DNA of 64,000 bases, from the sequence record MT129654.1; one strand, written 5' to 3'. Each line of letters opens with the position of its first letter. The stretch's first letter is position 1. Origin of the DNA: Escherichia phage MN04. The notes under the pieces are model-generated. The model was not told the origin of the DNA. It saw only the letters and a list, made by a program, of their open reading frames with translations, and made no database searches. A program made the translations under genes and the position numbers. Positions 23,294 to 34,791 of this stretch are shown here, in pieces.

Positions 23294-24153
23294 TATACTG
23301 GAACTCCAATAGTTTGGGTTTCTACGACCTTAATTGCAAGCCTCATAGGATTGACGGAAGAAGCGGTCGCGATAATATAGTTTGATGTATCGAATTTAAA
23401 ATCTAGAGAATAAATTTCGTCATCATCTGAAGTTTGTCCACGTTTAATAACTGCGTATTCAGTGGAATAAATCTTTTTAGCTTGGTTGTCAATAAACACA
23501 AGATATTCTGAAGCTTTGTAAATGGTTTCGTTGGCATTCACCGCCGTAACTAAAAGTTTGACCAATGAATACTGACCTGAATAAACCACTGGGATATCAC
23601 GAGCGACAGAAGATATATTATATGTCTTATTTAATGGAACCCGTTTATCACCAAACATGCTTTCAATTGAATAATCCCATACCGCAACACCATTTGTATC
23701 TGATACACACCATAAAAGAACTCGTGTATAAGGTGTTACAATACGCAAAGTCGAAGTTGAATGGCTTGCAAAAGTATCTAATATACGGATTTCAAGATAG
23801 TTGGTAGGTGAAATACTTCCATTAGAGTTGATAATCTCAATTCCTTCACCAACTGCGCCTTTTACAGTGGTTAACACGATAGAACCGGTAGAAGCATCGA
23901 TATCCACCAAAGAGCCTAAATCAACCGAGCTTGCTTGGTCTGTATCACCAAATTTTTGATAATAACCTGTAGCGTGTAATTTCTGGCCGGTCAATTCGCC
24001 GGTTAAAGCAGTTTTACGTTGGTCGCCGAAAGTATTATAGATGTTGTTTAAGTCAGTGTTCAGTTTAACACCGCCGTCATAAAGAATGTCGCCGGTGCTG
24101 GCATTACCAATTTCACCGACGTCAATTAGTTCTTTACCAGTTTGCTTAATCAT
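23293..24153 (-). CDS. gp9: Baseplate wedge / long-tail-fiber socket gp9
   Basis: 286 aa (T4 288); synteny. Confidence 0.7.
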   Translation of the reverse strand: MIKQTGKELIDVGEIGNASTGDILYDGGVKLNTDLNNIYNTFGDQRKTALTGELTGQKLHATGYYQKFGDTDQASSVDLGSLVDIDASTGSIVLTTVKGAVGEGIEIINSNGSISPTNYLEIRILDTFASHSTSTLRIVTPYTRVLLWCVSDTNGVAVWDYSIESMFGDKRVPLNKTYNISSVARDIPVVYSGQYSLVKLLVTAVNANETIYKASEYLVFIDNQAKKIYSTEYAVIKRGQTSDDDEIYSLDFKFDTSNYIIATASSVNPMRLAIKVVETQTIGVPV

Positions 24154-24195
24154 AGGTATGCCTCATTATTGATATACTGTATTTATTAAACCCGA

Positions 24196-24213
24196 AAGGG
24201 CCTTGCGGCCCTT
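24196..24213. terminator. Hairpin AAGGGCC-TTGC-GGCCCTT between gp8 and gp9
   Basis: 7-bp GC stem immediately after gp8 stop. Confidence 0.45.
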
Positions 24214-24214
24214 A

Positions 24215-25219
24215 TTAGAATTCGAAGACAATGTTAATTTCTTCTGTTTGGTCCATGGAACGAATAACCGGAGGACGGTTTTCCATATAAATCATTTCAC
24301 CGGAGTGGCGGGAGAGGTCTATAACATCATAGTACTCTTTTTCGGCTTTAATGATCGGATCGGATGGGTGAGCTTTAGCTTCTAACGGGTTAGAAATTAT
24401 CGAAAGCTGTCTAAAACCTTTGTTGCCAGGCAAACTAAATTCAGGGAAATAAACTGAATCTAAGAATGCTTTAAAGCGAATAGTATTGGCTTTAATACGG
24501 TAAATTAATCCATAATCGTCTTGTTGCCAAGTGAGGTTATTCTCATATCCCCAACGTTCTGGGTCCTCAGCAATTTCTTCTGGCCATGGAACTACAATAT
24601 ATTCATTAGTGCATCGGTTAATACTTACATCAGGTGGAATCTCATACAAATATTCCCAGAGATATCCATCACCAGTATCCACCATACCTTCCGTATCGCC
24701 TTGTCCTGCCGGGGCTTTAACTGATTGCACATTTGAAGTCCATTTGCCACCAAGTTTAATACACTCGGTTTTATTATCAAGGGACAAAATAGAACATGTA
24801 CCTGATTCAGGAATATCTACACAACGATAAACCATCCACCCAGCACCTACATCAGTACGGTTTTGCGGCTGGCTATTCGCTACTACAATTTCACCGATCT
24901 GGAAAGTAAATGGGTTAGGATAAGTTGTGTCACCCCAGTCTTTGCGTGGGACAACACAATCCAGCATACTCTTATAAACCTTAACACAACCCATCATGTT
25001 GGTCCAGACGTCTTCTACGCCTTCAGAATCATCTACAGGATAGGGTGGTGCAAAACCAGGGTCATTTTCGTTATCGGCCCACGGTCGGGCCCTTCCGAAA
25101 GATACATACATAGTGTTCTGGTCTTCACCGTCACCTATTGTTCTGTAAAAGTTGTACATTTTTTCCGTTCTAAATTTTGAAGTAACAATAGAACGATAAA
25201 CTACTGTAGAATTAATCAT
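24215..25219 (-). CDS. gp8: Baseplate wedge protein gp8
   Basis: 334 aa (T4 334); synteny. Confidence 0.7.
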   Translation of the reverse strand: MINSTVVYRSIVTSKFRTEKMYNFYRTIGDGEDQNTMYVSFGRARPWADNENDPGFAPPYPVDDSEGVEDVWTNMMGCVKVYKSMLDCVVPRKDWGDTTYPNPFTFQIGEIVVANSQPQNRTDVGAGWMVYRCVDIPESGTCSILSLDNKTECIKLGGKWTSNVQSVKAPAGQGDTEGMVDTGDGYLWEYLYEIPPDVSINRCTNEYIVVPWPEEIAEDPERWGYENNLTWQQDDYGLIYRIKANTIRFKAFLDSVYFPEFSLPGNKGFRQLSIISNPLEAKAHPSDPIIKAEKEYYDVIDLSRHSGEMIYMENRPPVIRSMDQTEEINIVFEF

Positions 25220-28200
25220 TAATTTTTACCTGAGTTGGAACTTTAGGGTCTCTAGGATTTCCAATATCGTCTTTAAGACGCTTATCAACCAGTGCACGCC
25301 AATTGGCAAAAGTCACAGCACTTTGGTCAAACAATGGACTATGCTTTTTAATACGTTCGTGTGGTAATTGACCTTGGAATACAGAGAAATCATTTTCTGC
25401 ATCATAATCGGCAGGAATATCAAACGGTTCACCTGCTTTAGGTCCAACGTTGTACATCGGAGCACCTGTACGAGGGTCTCGTTCTATATTACCATCAAAA
25501 CCTATTACAGCAACTCTATCATACCATTCAGATGGCAAACCTGAGTCCCATTTATAGTTCTTAAGGATATTAATAATGGTTTCTGTATGTTTTAGTGTTA
25601 AACCAACGTTAACAAACATAGAAAGCAAAGTTATACCTATAAAGCCGAAACCTACCGGGTGAACAAATCTCAAAACGTCGTTGCGATAACGAGAGGTTGG
25701 GAGATTAGACTTAATAGTCATCACATAGTAAGAACGGTTACGGTTGATATAATCGATATTGTTACTCAAAAGCTCTTTGCCGCGAACACCTTGAACAATC
25801 ATACCCTTAAATGAAGTACGTTCAGATTTGATTTCCTGACCGACTATAAAACGACCTAAAAGATTATGAATGGTTAAACGCCATTGCAATTTACCGTCTT
25901 TGTAATTTCGTTCTATATAAGTAACATTACTTCTTCCTGTAGGAGTATAAATCGTTTGGCCTACGATATCTTCACTGATATTGTCGGATTCTACGATGAT
26001 ATCATATTCGATAGAGTTCTTGGACTCGATATCAATTTCGACATCTTCATTATAAAGCAATTTAAACAGGAATTTATATGAAGCTTCAGTACCTTTAGTT
26101 GACCAAAAATCAGACTGACGAGCTTGGAAAAATCTAACAACTTCGTCGCGTTTTTCTTTTGACAAATAGATATTACGTTTATAAATTTCAGACCACAGGT
26201 ATTCCCATGAGTCTTCTTCACGAGGATACTGATTTCGAATAAGGTTTAACAAATTATTATAATGAGTGCCGGAACCATCACTAATAAACTGTAGATAATA
26301 TTCGCAGAATTTTTCAAAATTGGAATCTTGGAGTAAATAACTATCCGGAACCATTTTGACCAATAACGGTTTCAAATCAGGGTCTTGTTCGCCAGTCTCT
26401 TCTTTAGGGGCCCATGGAATTTCATGCTCTTGGTTTTGGAGCTCTGCCGTAAACATAATTTCTTTAGGCTTCCAAATAACACGAACTTCATCACGCACAC
26501 GATAGTCGAATTCAAAATAACCAACTAATTCACCCGTAGATTTGTGAATCATCATACCAGAAGAATATTTTTTAAAGCCATTAAATTCGATATTAGGGGA
26601 TGTAACTTTGCAAAATCCTTTATTCCAAATCTCGTGAACAATACGTTCCGGCGATGAACCACTATTAAGGTCGATTATTTTCTGATACAAAGCATCATTA
26701 TAAACGACCATAGCATGGTCACCCGTAGTAATCCAAGAACGGGTTCCATCACGACGTGACCAACTGAAGAACGGTTCAGCATAATAAGCCATACGACCCG
26801 GTTTAAATTCTTTAAAATCTGATTTAGAGTTAGACCTAAAGCTCATCATCAAATAATGCTTATTATGAATCCACTGTTCGTCTTTAACGTATTTAACGGC
26901 CGAAGTAACAATTTCAGGATATTTCCAAGGAAGTTCAGAATCAACCTCTACTTCATATCTAAAGTTGCTTGAACTGAAAAATAATTCTTCACCATCTGTA
27001 GACATGCTAGTATATCCATGCTCTATACGACGACGTTCTTCTTCAGTATTTCCGAATACGCGAGTCCAAGTATCTGTTTCTACATCTAACCAATAGACAC
27101 CTTTAGATTCAGAATCAATTACGTTAGCCTCTACTGTAGGGTCCATTTTTTCTTCTTTAACTTCACCTGTAATTAAAGCAAACGTATGCCCTTGAATAGA
27201 ATCTAATTTATAACAAACAGCTTTAGGGTTCCCTGTGATAGTTGAATATCCGCTTTCAAATATCTTCTCGCCGTAAGTTGGTGAGCTAGGGTCAGTGTCT
27301 ATAGGGGCCTCGGATGTTTTTGCTTTATAAACTCTGTCTCTACCCGCAACATAAATGAAATCGTCAGAAGCACACATAGCTTCGGCGATAGTGGAAATAG
27401 GCAATGGGAGTTTTGCGTATGACCCAAATATTTCTATTTCAAACGGAAGGTCTATATCACTACCTATTTTAGCAAAAGTTACATCTTGGGAACTAAATCT
27501 AACATCATCAGCAGACCAACGAATATCACTTGATTTACGTCCGTAAAATATTTGGTCATAACCTAGAACATAAGTAGTCGTTTCAGTTTGGTAATGTACC
27601 GTACGTGAAACAGGGTTACCTACCCGGTCATTAAACAAACGGATATAATGCCAGTTCTGCCCTTTATCATTAGAAACCTTAGCGGTACTTTGGAATCTTT
27701 CTAAAAGGTAAAGTACACCGCCAAGTTCCATTAAAATAGAACGTTTAGGGTCTTTACAAACTGCTTGAATGCTTCCTTGGATTTCATGGAATCGGTCGGC
27801 TTTTAAAACATAATTTGATATAGATGACAAATGCGAATACGCTGGCGTAAAGTTGAAATCTTCCGTCATTAAGGAAGCCATAATGGCATCAGTATTAAAG
27901 TTCACATAATTCTGATTATTTTTTGTGAATTTTTCTTCAATAAATTTATTAGACAAAGCGAATTCGCGCATATGCTCAAATGTATATGCGTTGGTAGAGA
28001 AAGTTTCAAATTCTTCAGTGTAAACCCATTCAGACTGCTCAAACCCCTGAGCAGCTACCGCAACTCGCATTTTATAAAATGAATTAGGAGAAATGAATGC
28101 CTCTTCAAACCATTCGTTATTAGGGGTGTAACCTAAATTTCTCCAAAATAATCTATCGTCGGGAATTTCTACACCCGCATCCTTCGTTTGGGCCAGTTCT

Positions 28201-28307
28201 ACGAAATAATAGAAGTTGGCGCCTACGTCATCCCAAAGAATGCTCACATGGTTAGCCGAGAGCTTATCAATTCTCAGACTAGTAACATAAGGCGCTTGTA
28301 CAGACAT
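25212..28307 (-). CDS. gp7: Baseplate wedge protein gp7
   Basis: 1031 aa (T4 1032); synteny. Confidence 0.75.
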   Translation of the reverse strand: MSVQAPYVTSLRIDKLSANHVSILWDDVGANFYYFVELAQTKDAGVEIPDDRLFWRNLGYTPNNEWFEEAFISPNSFYKMRVAVAAQGFEQSEWVYTEEFETFSTNAYTFEHMREFALSNKFIEEKFTKNNQNYVNFNTDAIMASLMTEDFNFTPAYSHLSSISNYVLKADRFHEIQGSIQAVCKDPKRSILMELGGVLYLLERFQSTAKVSNDKGQNWHYIRLFNDRVGNPVSRTVHYQTETTTYVLGYDQIFYGRKSSDIRWSADDVRFSSQDVTFAKIGSDIDLPFEIEIFGSYAKLPLPISTIAEAMCASDDFIYVAGRDRVYKAKTSEAPIDTDPSSPTYGEKIFESGYSTITGNPKAVCYKLDSIQGHTFALITGEVKEEKMDPTVEANVIDSESKGVYWLDVETDTWTRVFGNTEEERRRIEHGYTSMSTDGEELFFSSSNFRYEVEVDSELPWKYPEIVTSAVKYVKDEQWIHNKHYLMMSFRSNSKSDFKEFKPGRMAYYAEPFFSWSRRDGTRSWITTGDHAMVVYNDALYQKIIDLNSGSSPERIVHEIWNKGFCKVTSPNIEFNGFKKYSSGMMIHKSTGELVGYFEFDYRVRDEVRVIWKPKEIMFTAELQNQEHEIPWAPKEETGEQDPDLKPLLVKMVPDSYLLQDSNFEKFCEYYLQFISDGSGTHYNNLLNLIRNQYPREEDSWEYLWSEIYKRNIYLSKEKRDEVVRFFQARQSDFWSTKGTEASYKFLFKLLYNEDVEIDIESKNSIEYDIIVESDNISEDIVGQTIYTPTGRSNVTYIERNYKDGKLQWRLTIHNLLGRFIVGQEIKSERTSFKGMIVQGVRGKELLSNNIDYINRNRSYYVMTIKSNLPTSRYRNDVLRFVHPVGFGFIGITLLSMFVNVGLTLKHTETIINILKNYKWDSGLPSEWYDRVAVIGFDGNIERDPRTGAPMYNVGPKAGEPFDIPADYDAENDFSVFQGQLPHERIKKHSPLFDQSAVTFANWRALVDKRLKDDIGNPRDPKVPTQVKIND

Positions 28308-28334
28308 TAAATCTCCTTAAACCTCCGAAGAGGC

Positions 28335-30293
28335 TTATATTGTAATTGGTTCCAACTCTATAGTTGTGTACTGAGGACGAAGGTCATCTTCAAATACGAT
28401 TAAAGAACCGTCTTTGGTAAAGATGTTGTCTTGGTCTGGTCCTGCATAAAGTTCAATAGACTGGACTTCAAAACGGTCGGAAGTAAGGCCTATTGCGGCG
28501 ATATCCCAGAAAATAAAGTCTGAGTAATAATCAATTTCGCCAATAACATAGTAGACCGATTGGTCTGCAGGAGCTGCCATTTTATCGAAGTCATCTCCGG
28601 TATAAGGTTGGATGTATTGGTTTTCAATTACATCACCTGGACGGAAAGGACCTATAACCATTTTACCATCGCCTCGTTCGTCTTTATCTGTGGCAACAAT
28701 ACGTACGTTATAAGATTTAATATCATCCGATACGTTTGTTGGGACGAACTCAAATTCACTAGAAGTTACAGAACGGTTGGTGTATTGATTATAGTATTTA
28801 ATACCCGCTTCAGGTGTTTTGAAGAAGTTTAATACCTCGCGAACCATTGTTACCGTAGCCGAAGAGCCAAGGATACTGTGGTCTGCGTTATCAATATAAG
28901 TCAGCATTTTAGACTTGGCAAATCCATGGTTGAATATTTCAACTTCGTTAATATAATAACGGTCTATTTGGGAAAGGATTTGGGCCGTTAGCCATTGTTC
29001 GGATTCCTGTAATTTGTTCAGTGCATATGAAACCTTAATTTTATGCTTTAAGAACAAATAGTCTGGAGAAATAACCGAAGGAGTAATAGGCGCCAAGTTA
29101 AATTCTGAAAGATAATTTTGGATATCTTCGCGTTGAACCGCTGTCAAATACAATCCTGATTTAGGTTTAATAGTAACAAAGGCGTAACCTGGTTTATTTG
29201 GGTCTGTAAATGTTTGTACTGCTTGTACAATAGAACCAAATCGTTCTGAAACGAATGTATCATAATCTGTACCGGTTACGGCACGCATCTGGGCTTCGCG
29301 TTTAACTACAGCCAGTTCACGAATACGTTCGATATCTTCAGGGTCACCGCCGCCATCAGCACCTACATAATCCGGGTTCCCATCATAGTTTTCTGTAATT
29401 TTTTCAACTGTAATATATGCCAAAGAATCCGCATAACTAAAGTCCACTGCGCCGTTAGCAACTTCACCATCGGTACGAAGATATTCTATAACAATGGTAG
29501 CATCTTTAACAGGTTTTAAACCACCAATATAGTTAGCTTCTAATACACCGCCCGCAACTGATTTTTCGGCAACGCCTTCACCAAAGAAGAATTCAGTATT
29601 ACCATCTACGGTTTCACGCATATAGTAAATGGTTGATGTACTACCAGCATGAACCATGGATTTATTAGTCCAGTTAGTCCATTCTGCACCATCGACATAA
29701 AGTTTAACTTCTTGTCTATCAATATCCGGGTCACGAATAAGAATAGGGGTTTTAGGGTCATACTTAAGTTCAGTACGAATAATACGACCTTGTGCTAAAG
29801 ATACAATAGGGAGATATTGGTTATTAACATCACGTACGGCAATAACGTTTTCCGTGGTAACAAAAGCATACGGGTCTGCCGAAGTATCACGAGCATAGGC
29901 CAAGAATTTAGTACCACGTGGGATACGAATATTCTTTTCATTCAGGGCCTGAGTACAGGTCAACATAATACTTGTTTTTGCCGCGGATTTGGAACTAGGA
30001 AGGTATCCGTTATCTTGTGCAGCCTGGACAACCGAAGAACGAAGGTTTGCCGTTCCTATAAAAGACTCGTATAAAGCTGTGTTAGCAAATTGCTGTATAT
30101 AAAGAGTATTATAAGCAAGCATATCAATAAGGATATTCATTCGAGAACCAACGAAATCATAATCCTTAAATTCTTCCTGGCTGGAAAGCCAATCGATAAT
30201 ATTCTTTTTAATTTCTTCAAACGTAGCTCCCACAAATACTTTTGGGATAGCGTTAACGGTTCTTGTTAATTGGTAATTCGTAGGAGTAGCCAT
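28335..30293 (-). CDS. gp6: Baseplate wedge protein gp6
   Basis: 652 aa (T4 660); synteny. Confidence 0.75.
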   Translation of the reverse strand: MATPTNYQLTRTVNAIPKVFVGATFEEIKKNIIDWLSSQEEFKDYDFVGSRMNILIDMLAYNTLYIQQFANTALYESFIGTANLRSSVVQAAQDNGYLPSSKSAAKTSIMLTCTQALNEKNIRIPRGTKFLAYARDTSADPYAFVTTENVIAVRDVNNQYLPIVSLAQGRIIRTELKYDPKTPILIRDPDIDRQEVKLYVDGAEWTNWTNKSMVHAGSTSTIYYMRETVDGNTEFFFGEGVAEKSVAGGVLEANYIGGLKPVKDATIVIEYLRTDGEVANGAVDFSYADSLAYITVEKITENYDGNPDYVGADGGGDPEDIERIRELAVVKREAQMRAVTGTDYDTFVSERFGSIVQAVQTFTDPNKPGYAFVTIKPKSGLYLTAVQREDIQNYLSEFNLAPITPSVISPDYLFLKHKIKVSYALNKLQESEQWLTAQILSQIDRYYINEVEIFNHGFAKSKMLTYIDNADHSILGSSATVTMVREVLNFFKTPEAGIKYYNQYTNRSVTSSEFEFVPTNVSDDIKSYNVRIVATDKDERGDGKMVIGPFRPGDVIENQYIQPYTGDDFDKMAAPADQSVYYVIGEIDYYSDFIFWDIAAIGLTSDRFEVQSIELYAGPDQDNIFTKDGSLIVFEDDLRPQYTTIELEPITI

Positions 30294-30301
30294 TTTAATT
30301 C

Positions 30302-30595
30302 CTATTTTATGAATACTTTAGATGAGGCTTGTGCGACTGTATCTCCGCACGAAATAGGGTCTGCCATTTGGACAGCCTTTTTGCCTGTAACATATACCTT
30401 TGATGTTCTAGGTTGGGTTACCCCACCGTGGGTTTCATATGGTTTTTTAATTTCTGTATGAGGAGTTATTGGGTCCCCATCGACTAATACAGGAATGCCG
30501 CCTGTAAATACTTTACCCTGGGTGGCATTTATTACTGTAGGAGGCCATGCTTCATGACCTGCTGTTACGCATTGGTTATAACTTAAGCCCGACAT
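30302..30595 (-). CDS. gp5.4: PAAR-repeat baseplate spike tip protein gp5.4
   Basis: 97 aa, same size and position as T4 gp5.4. Confidence 0.75.
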   Translation of the reverse strand: MSGLSYNQCVTAGHEAWPPTVINATQGKVFTGGIPVLVDGDPITPHTEIKKPYETHGGVTQPRTSKVYVTGKKAVQMADPISCGDTVAQASSKVFIK

Positions 30596-31092
30596 TATGG
30601 CCTCGCATATACATATTCTCTAAGTTGATTAGCCCATTTGCTCCAATTACCCACTATAACCTTGGTATAAACCTTAGTAAGAGTTTTTCTTACCGGTGCT
30701 GGAGGAGGGTCTGTTTCGTTACCGGCTCTAGAATTACTTCCTCCTGAGCTCCCTGTATCACCTCCTGATGACTCTTCCTGAAAGTCATAGATTAATGTGA
30801 CGGTATAGGAAAAAGTCTTCTGAAGATTACCAGGGGCTTTCCAGAGGTATAATTGGGTGCTCTTGTCCTCTGGTAAATCTTTCCATGACCCTGCTGTTTT
30901 AAATTCATCACCTAATCGATATTTTAACGCATCTTCAGAAAATCCGAATACCGATTCATAGGTTCCGTATAAACGAGCCCCATCGACAATAATGCCTTCT
31001 GTTGGCTCATATTCTGTTATATTTATTTCAACTAATGTTTCGTTTGTTTCTAATTGAGCGGTAAACGTAACATCGATTGAGGCTCCTTCCAT
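30595..31092 (-). CDS. gp5.1-like hypothetical protein
   Basis: Start set to ATG 31092 with AGGAG RBS, 34 nt after gp5 stop; track ORF 30595-31176 overlaps gp5. Confidence 0.5.
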   Translation of the reverse strand: MEGASIDVTFTAQLETNETLVEINITEYEPTEGIIVDGARLYGTYESVFGFSEDALKYRLGDEFKTAGSWKDLPEDKSTQLYLWKAPGNLQKTFSYTVTLIYDFQEESSGGDTGSSGGSNSRAGNETDPPPAPVRKTLTKVYTKVIVGNWSKWANQLREYVYARP

Positions 31093-31126
31093 GGAGTCTC
31101 CTAAATCTGTGCTCATAGGTAAAATA

Positions 31127-32869
31127 TTAGCCAATGTCAATCCTCGAACCATCAATAGTATATTGACCGGACGCAATAGAACTCATAGTCGACATAGTTT
31201 CAGACCAATTACCGGCAACAGTCATATCGACGTTTCCGTTTACCGACCACTTAACATTTCCATTTACTGTATAATCATGATTGCCTTCGACTAAGGTTTT
31301 TGCATCACCTTTAACAGTTATATCGGCATTGCCTTCAACAATAACTGTAACATTTCCTTTAACAATAAGGGTCCCGTCGCCTTCTACCGTTTTGGTTTCA
31401 TTACCACGAATATGGATGCTTTCAGAACCGTCAGTTTGACGTCGAACGTTTGCCATATTATAATAGGTTTCATCACCGCCTATATTGACTTTATTATTAC
31501 CACCAACATAAGTATTAGAATCGCCTTGGGTCATATAATACCCGTCGGCTACTGTCTTAGAAGTTTTACGTCCGTCAGGAGCGACTTCTTCGTAACTACC
31601 TGTAGGGTGGATTAATCGGTAACGTTCTTGCCCTGGGGTGTTATCGAATTCTTGGATATGCCCACCTTCAGTTTGCATGGTTTGGACATACGGGTATTCG
31701 CCTTTATAACTAGAATCTGGCTCTTTAAAAAGAATCCTTGTATCTTCCGGAGTCCATGGGTCGGCAGGGTCAGAATTTGTAGGGGCTGCAAAGGTTTGAA
31801 TCATCCTATAAGAACGTCCTTTAAATTCTCTTTCTTTAGGGGCCATAATACCGTATGATTCCATATTACCTGTAAGGATAATCATTGATACCCTTGATGC
31901 TCGGCCTTTAGTTTGGTTGAACCATACTGAATCACGAGCGGCATCAAATGCTTTCTTATAATCTCCGACTAGCATTGCGCCAAGCATCGTTTTAAATTTG
32001 GCAAGTCCACCTAAACCCATTTGGAAAGCCATGTTTTCAAGAGCCATTTGTCTTGAACGGTTTTCTTTATTGTAAACCGGACCTACAACACTATGCCTGC
32101 CTATATCGTTTTGAACTTTTTTAAGGTCTTCTTGGAATAACTTGGAAGCCTCGTCCATTGATATTGCACCCGGGTTTCCTTTAACTTCACGACCTATTTG
32201 ATTAGATAATATTTTGTTTATCTGATTCATATCTCTAATAGGTTGTGGTGTAATAAGGTGACCTATACCAATAGTAGGGTATCCTTCGGTATCCCAATAT
32301 ACCTTCAGTCTAAGCCCTTCATCACGATGAAGCATGTTTTCTATTGTGAAATTAGGATTATCATCAGGCTTAACTTGGCTTAAATCTAATCCATCCGGAT
32401 TAATACCTACATCAGTGTTTGCATCTTGTATTACGTTAGAAGTGGCATCATATCCAACTTCACCACCTCGGTTTAGTGCAGCGGCATCATTACCTAAATA
32501 AAGCGGATACTGTCCTGTCGGGTCACTAAAACCTTCGTTTGGATTTGCCTTTTGTTTTGAAGCCGAACCGTATGTACCGAGGACAAGCCCGTTTAATTTC
32601 CACTTATCAAGAAAGTGTCCGTAAACTTGTGTACCTGGGACCATACCAGTCATAGCGGTTTGGATACCTGAAACAGAGGCAGAAGATGTAGGCATTAATA
32701 CCGACATCCATGGTAAATCTTCTGTACGAAGGCCTTTTACAGGACCTTGTACTTTTTCATATGGATGCATACCCCAGACGCGTACGCGTACTCGGCCTTG
32801 TTTGAGTGGGTCCATTCGGTCTTCAACTACACCGACGAACCAACTTAAATTATCAGACATGTTAATCAT
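31127..32869 (-). CDS. gp5: Baseplate hub and tail lysozyme gp5
   Basis: 580 aa; internal lysozyme domain 'YWDTEGYPTIGIGHLI' and C-terminal VxGxxxV beta-helix repeats. Confidence 0.9.
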   Translation of the reverse strand: MINMSDNLSWFVGVVEDRMDPLKQGRVRVRVWGMHPYEKVQGPVKGLRTEDLPWMSVLMPTSSASVSGIQTAMTGMVPGTQVYGHFLDKWKLNGLVLGTYGSASKQKANPNEGFSDPTGQYPLYLGNDAAALNRGGEVGYDATSNVIQDANTDVGINPDGLDLSQVKPDDNPNFTIENMLHRDEGLRLKVYWDTEGYPTIGIGHLITPQPIRDMNQINKILSNQIGREVKGNPGAISMDEASKLFQEDLKKVQNDIGRHSVVGPVYNKENRSRQMALENMAFQMGLGGLAKFKTMLGAMLVGDYKKAFDAARDSVWFNQTKGRASRVSMIILTGNMESYGIMAPKEREFKGRSYRMIQTFAAPTNSDPADPWTPEDTRILFKEPDSSYKGEYPYVQTMQTEGGHIQEFDNTPGQERYRLIHPTGSYEEVAPDGRKTSKTVADGYYMTQGDSNTYVGGNNKVNIGGDETYYNMANVRRQTDGSESIHIRGNETKTVEGDGTLIVKGNVTVIVEGNADITVKGDAKTLVEGNHDYTVNGNVKWSVNGNVDMTVAGNWSETMSTMSSIASGQYTIDGSRIDIG

Positions 32870-33471
32870 TAGAGGGCTTTCTCCATTTCGCGAATAAGAG
32901 CAGAAATAAAAGACTCAATATCATTAGGGTCTATAATTTTTATTTCGCGCTTATATTCATTTTTGCGAATAGCATCCTCGTAAATATCTACTGCGGCCAA
33001 TGGGCCTTCGTATTGAGGATAACGTTTTTCTGTATCGCCTTTATCATACCAAGTATATGGATTTTCTGGTGTGTTGACAAGATTCCAGAATTTCTCGCCT
33101 TTTTCGTTTACATGGTAAAGGACCTGGTTTCCACCAGCGGTAGAATATCTTTGGATGGCTGCTTGGTAGGCGGCTTCTTGGCCGGTAATCCATCCATAAT
33201 ACGGGTCGTATATATTATTACACATCAGTAGAACCCAATATAATTGGACATTGCCATAAAGAAGATGGGCTAATTCTTCCGGACGCGGGGCTCCATTGAT
33301 ATAATAAGTTTTTAGTGTATAATTTTTAGCCACTCTATCAAAGTATTCTTTATAATTTCTAAATATATCAGTCATCGGCACGCTCAATACATCGGCATTT
33401 GTTAATGAGCCGGAATCTGGCTTGACTGTTTTTGATTCGTAATCGATAGGATCGAAAAATGAGAAGAGCAT
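32869..33471 (-). CDS. gp53: Baseplate wedge protein gp53
   Basis: 200 aa (T4 196); synteny; late promoter upstream. Confidence 0.7.
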   Translation of the reverse strand: MLFSFFDPIDYESKTVKPDSGSLTNADVLSVPMTDIFRNYKEYFDRVAKNYTLKTYYINGAPRPEELAHLLYGNVQLYWVLLMCNNIYDPYYGWITGQEAAYQAAIQRYSTAGGNQVLYHVNEKGEKFWNLVNTPENPYTWYDKGDTEKRYPQYEGPLAAVDIYEDAIRKNEYKREIKIIDPNDIESFISALIREMEKAL

Positions 33472-33483
33472 AGGGCCTCCGAG

Positions 33484-33491
33484 TATAAATA
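33484..33491 (+). promoter_or_regulatory. Late promoter TATAAATA for gp4-gp2-gp3
   Basis: TATAAATA about 27 nt upstream of gp4 ATG. Confidence 0.55.
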
Positions 33492-33498
33492 ATATTAA

Positions 33499-33506
33499 TA
33501 TTTATA
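33499..33506 (-). promoter_or_regulatory. Late promoter TATAAATA for gp53 (divergent)
   Basis: TATAAATA on minus strand about 28 nt upstream of gp53 ATG. Confidence 0.55.
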
Positions 33507-33517
33507 AGGAGGCAACT

Positions 33518-33967
33518 ATGGCTTACTCAGGGAAATTTAAACCTACCAACTTACAAAAATATAAAGGTGACTGGAAGAAAATCCAATATCGTTCCTCATG
33601 GGAAGCATGGCTCATGCGTTGGCTTGACAATCATCCTAACGTAGTCCAATGGAACTCTGAAGAGGTAGTTATTCCGTATTTTAGTAATGCTGATGGAAAG
33701 AAACGTCGATATTTTATGGACTTCTGGGTTAAGTTTGATAACGGCCAACAATTCTTTTTTGAAGTCAAACCTTTTAAAGAAACCCATCCTCCAGCGGCTC
33801 CTGCTAAAATGACTACAGCCGCTAAAAAGAGATATATCAACGAACATTATACATGGAGTGTAAATAAAGATAAATGGAAAGCTGCTAAAGCTACAGCAGA
33901 TAAAATGGGAATCAATTTTAGATTGATAACTGAAAACTCACTGAAAAAATTAGGATGGAAAGGATGA
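33518..33967 (+). CDS. gp4: Head completion protein gp4
   Basis: 149 aa (T4 150); synteny 53/4/2/3/1. Confidence 0.75.
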   Translation: MAYSGKFKPTNLQKYKGDWKKIQYRSSWEAWLMRWLDNHPNVVQWNSEEVVIPYFSNADGKKRRYFMDFWVKFDNGQQFFFEVKPFKETHPPAAPAKMTTAAKKRYINEHYTWSVNKDKWKAAKATADKMGINFRLITENSLKKLGWKG

Positions 33968-34791
33968 GTATATTTTCCTACATCAATGAGGCTACTGAAA
34001 CCACAAAAGGTTCTAAGCCTACTCGTTCAGAACAACAATGGATAACTTTAGGCGTTGAATATGCCAAAGCTAAGGCCAAAGGTGTCTCGGCTAAGAAATT
34101 CGCTGAAGATAAAGGCATCAAGTATTCTAGCTTTACATCTGCGATGTCTCGATACTCGAGTCGAATTAAAACTGCTGTACAGGTTGAAAAGCTTCAGAAT
34201 AAACCTGGCAATAAATTGACCAAAGCCGAACGTCAATTAATTTTGGTGAATAGTTTTAGAAAGAGTATTCGTGATAAGATTGCTAACGAAGGCGCTGCTG
34301 TAAACAATAAATCAGCTAAATGGTTTACAGAAACATTAAAGAAAGGAATTCGTGGACACCAGGTATCTAAACCATCTCCTGGTAAGCTTTATGCTTATAT
34401 CTATGATGCTAAACACAAGGACACATTACCCTACTGGGACAAATATCCTTTAATCATTTATCTTGGGCTTGGTAAGCATAATCTGATGTACGGGTTGAAC
34501 TTACACTATATTCCGCCTAAAGCACGCCAGCAATTTCTAGAAGAATTGCTGAAGCAATACGCGAGTACGCCTACCATTACGAACTCGACTAAATTAAAAA
34601 TCGATTGGAGTAAGGTAAAAGGATTCGCTGGCGCTGACGTGATGATTAAGGCTTATATCCCTGGAAATATCAAGGGTCCTTTAGTAGAGATAAAACCTTC
34701 TGATTGGGCTAATGTAGTCATGCTTCCGCTTCAGCAATTTGTATCTAAAGGTAAGCGTTACTCAGCTCAGAAAGTATGGAAGAACGCATAA
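33955..34791 (+). CDS. gp2: DNA end protector protein gp2
   Basis: 278 aa (T4 274); synteny. Confidence 0.7.
   Translation: MERMSIFSYINEATETTKGSKPTRSEQQWITLGVEYAKAKAKGVSAKKFAEDKGIKYSSFTSAMSRYSSRIKTAVQVEKLQNKPGNKLTKAERQLILVNSFRKSIRDKIANEGAAVNNKSAKWFTETLKKGIRGHQVSKPSPGKLYAYIYDAKHKDTLPYWDKYPLIIYLGLGKHNLMYGLNLHYIPPKARQQFLEELLKQYASTPTITNSTKLKIDWSKVKGFAGADVMIKAYIPGNIKGPLVEIKPSDWANVVMLPLQQFVSKGKRYSAQKVWKNA

Noticed and set aside
30595-31176. Track start of the gp5.1-like ORF at 31176
   Set aside because: That start would overlap gp5 by 50 nt; the ATG at 31092 has a clear AGGAG RBS and lies after the gp5 stop
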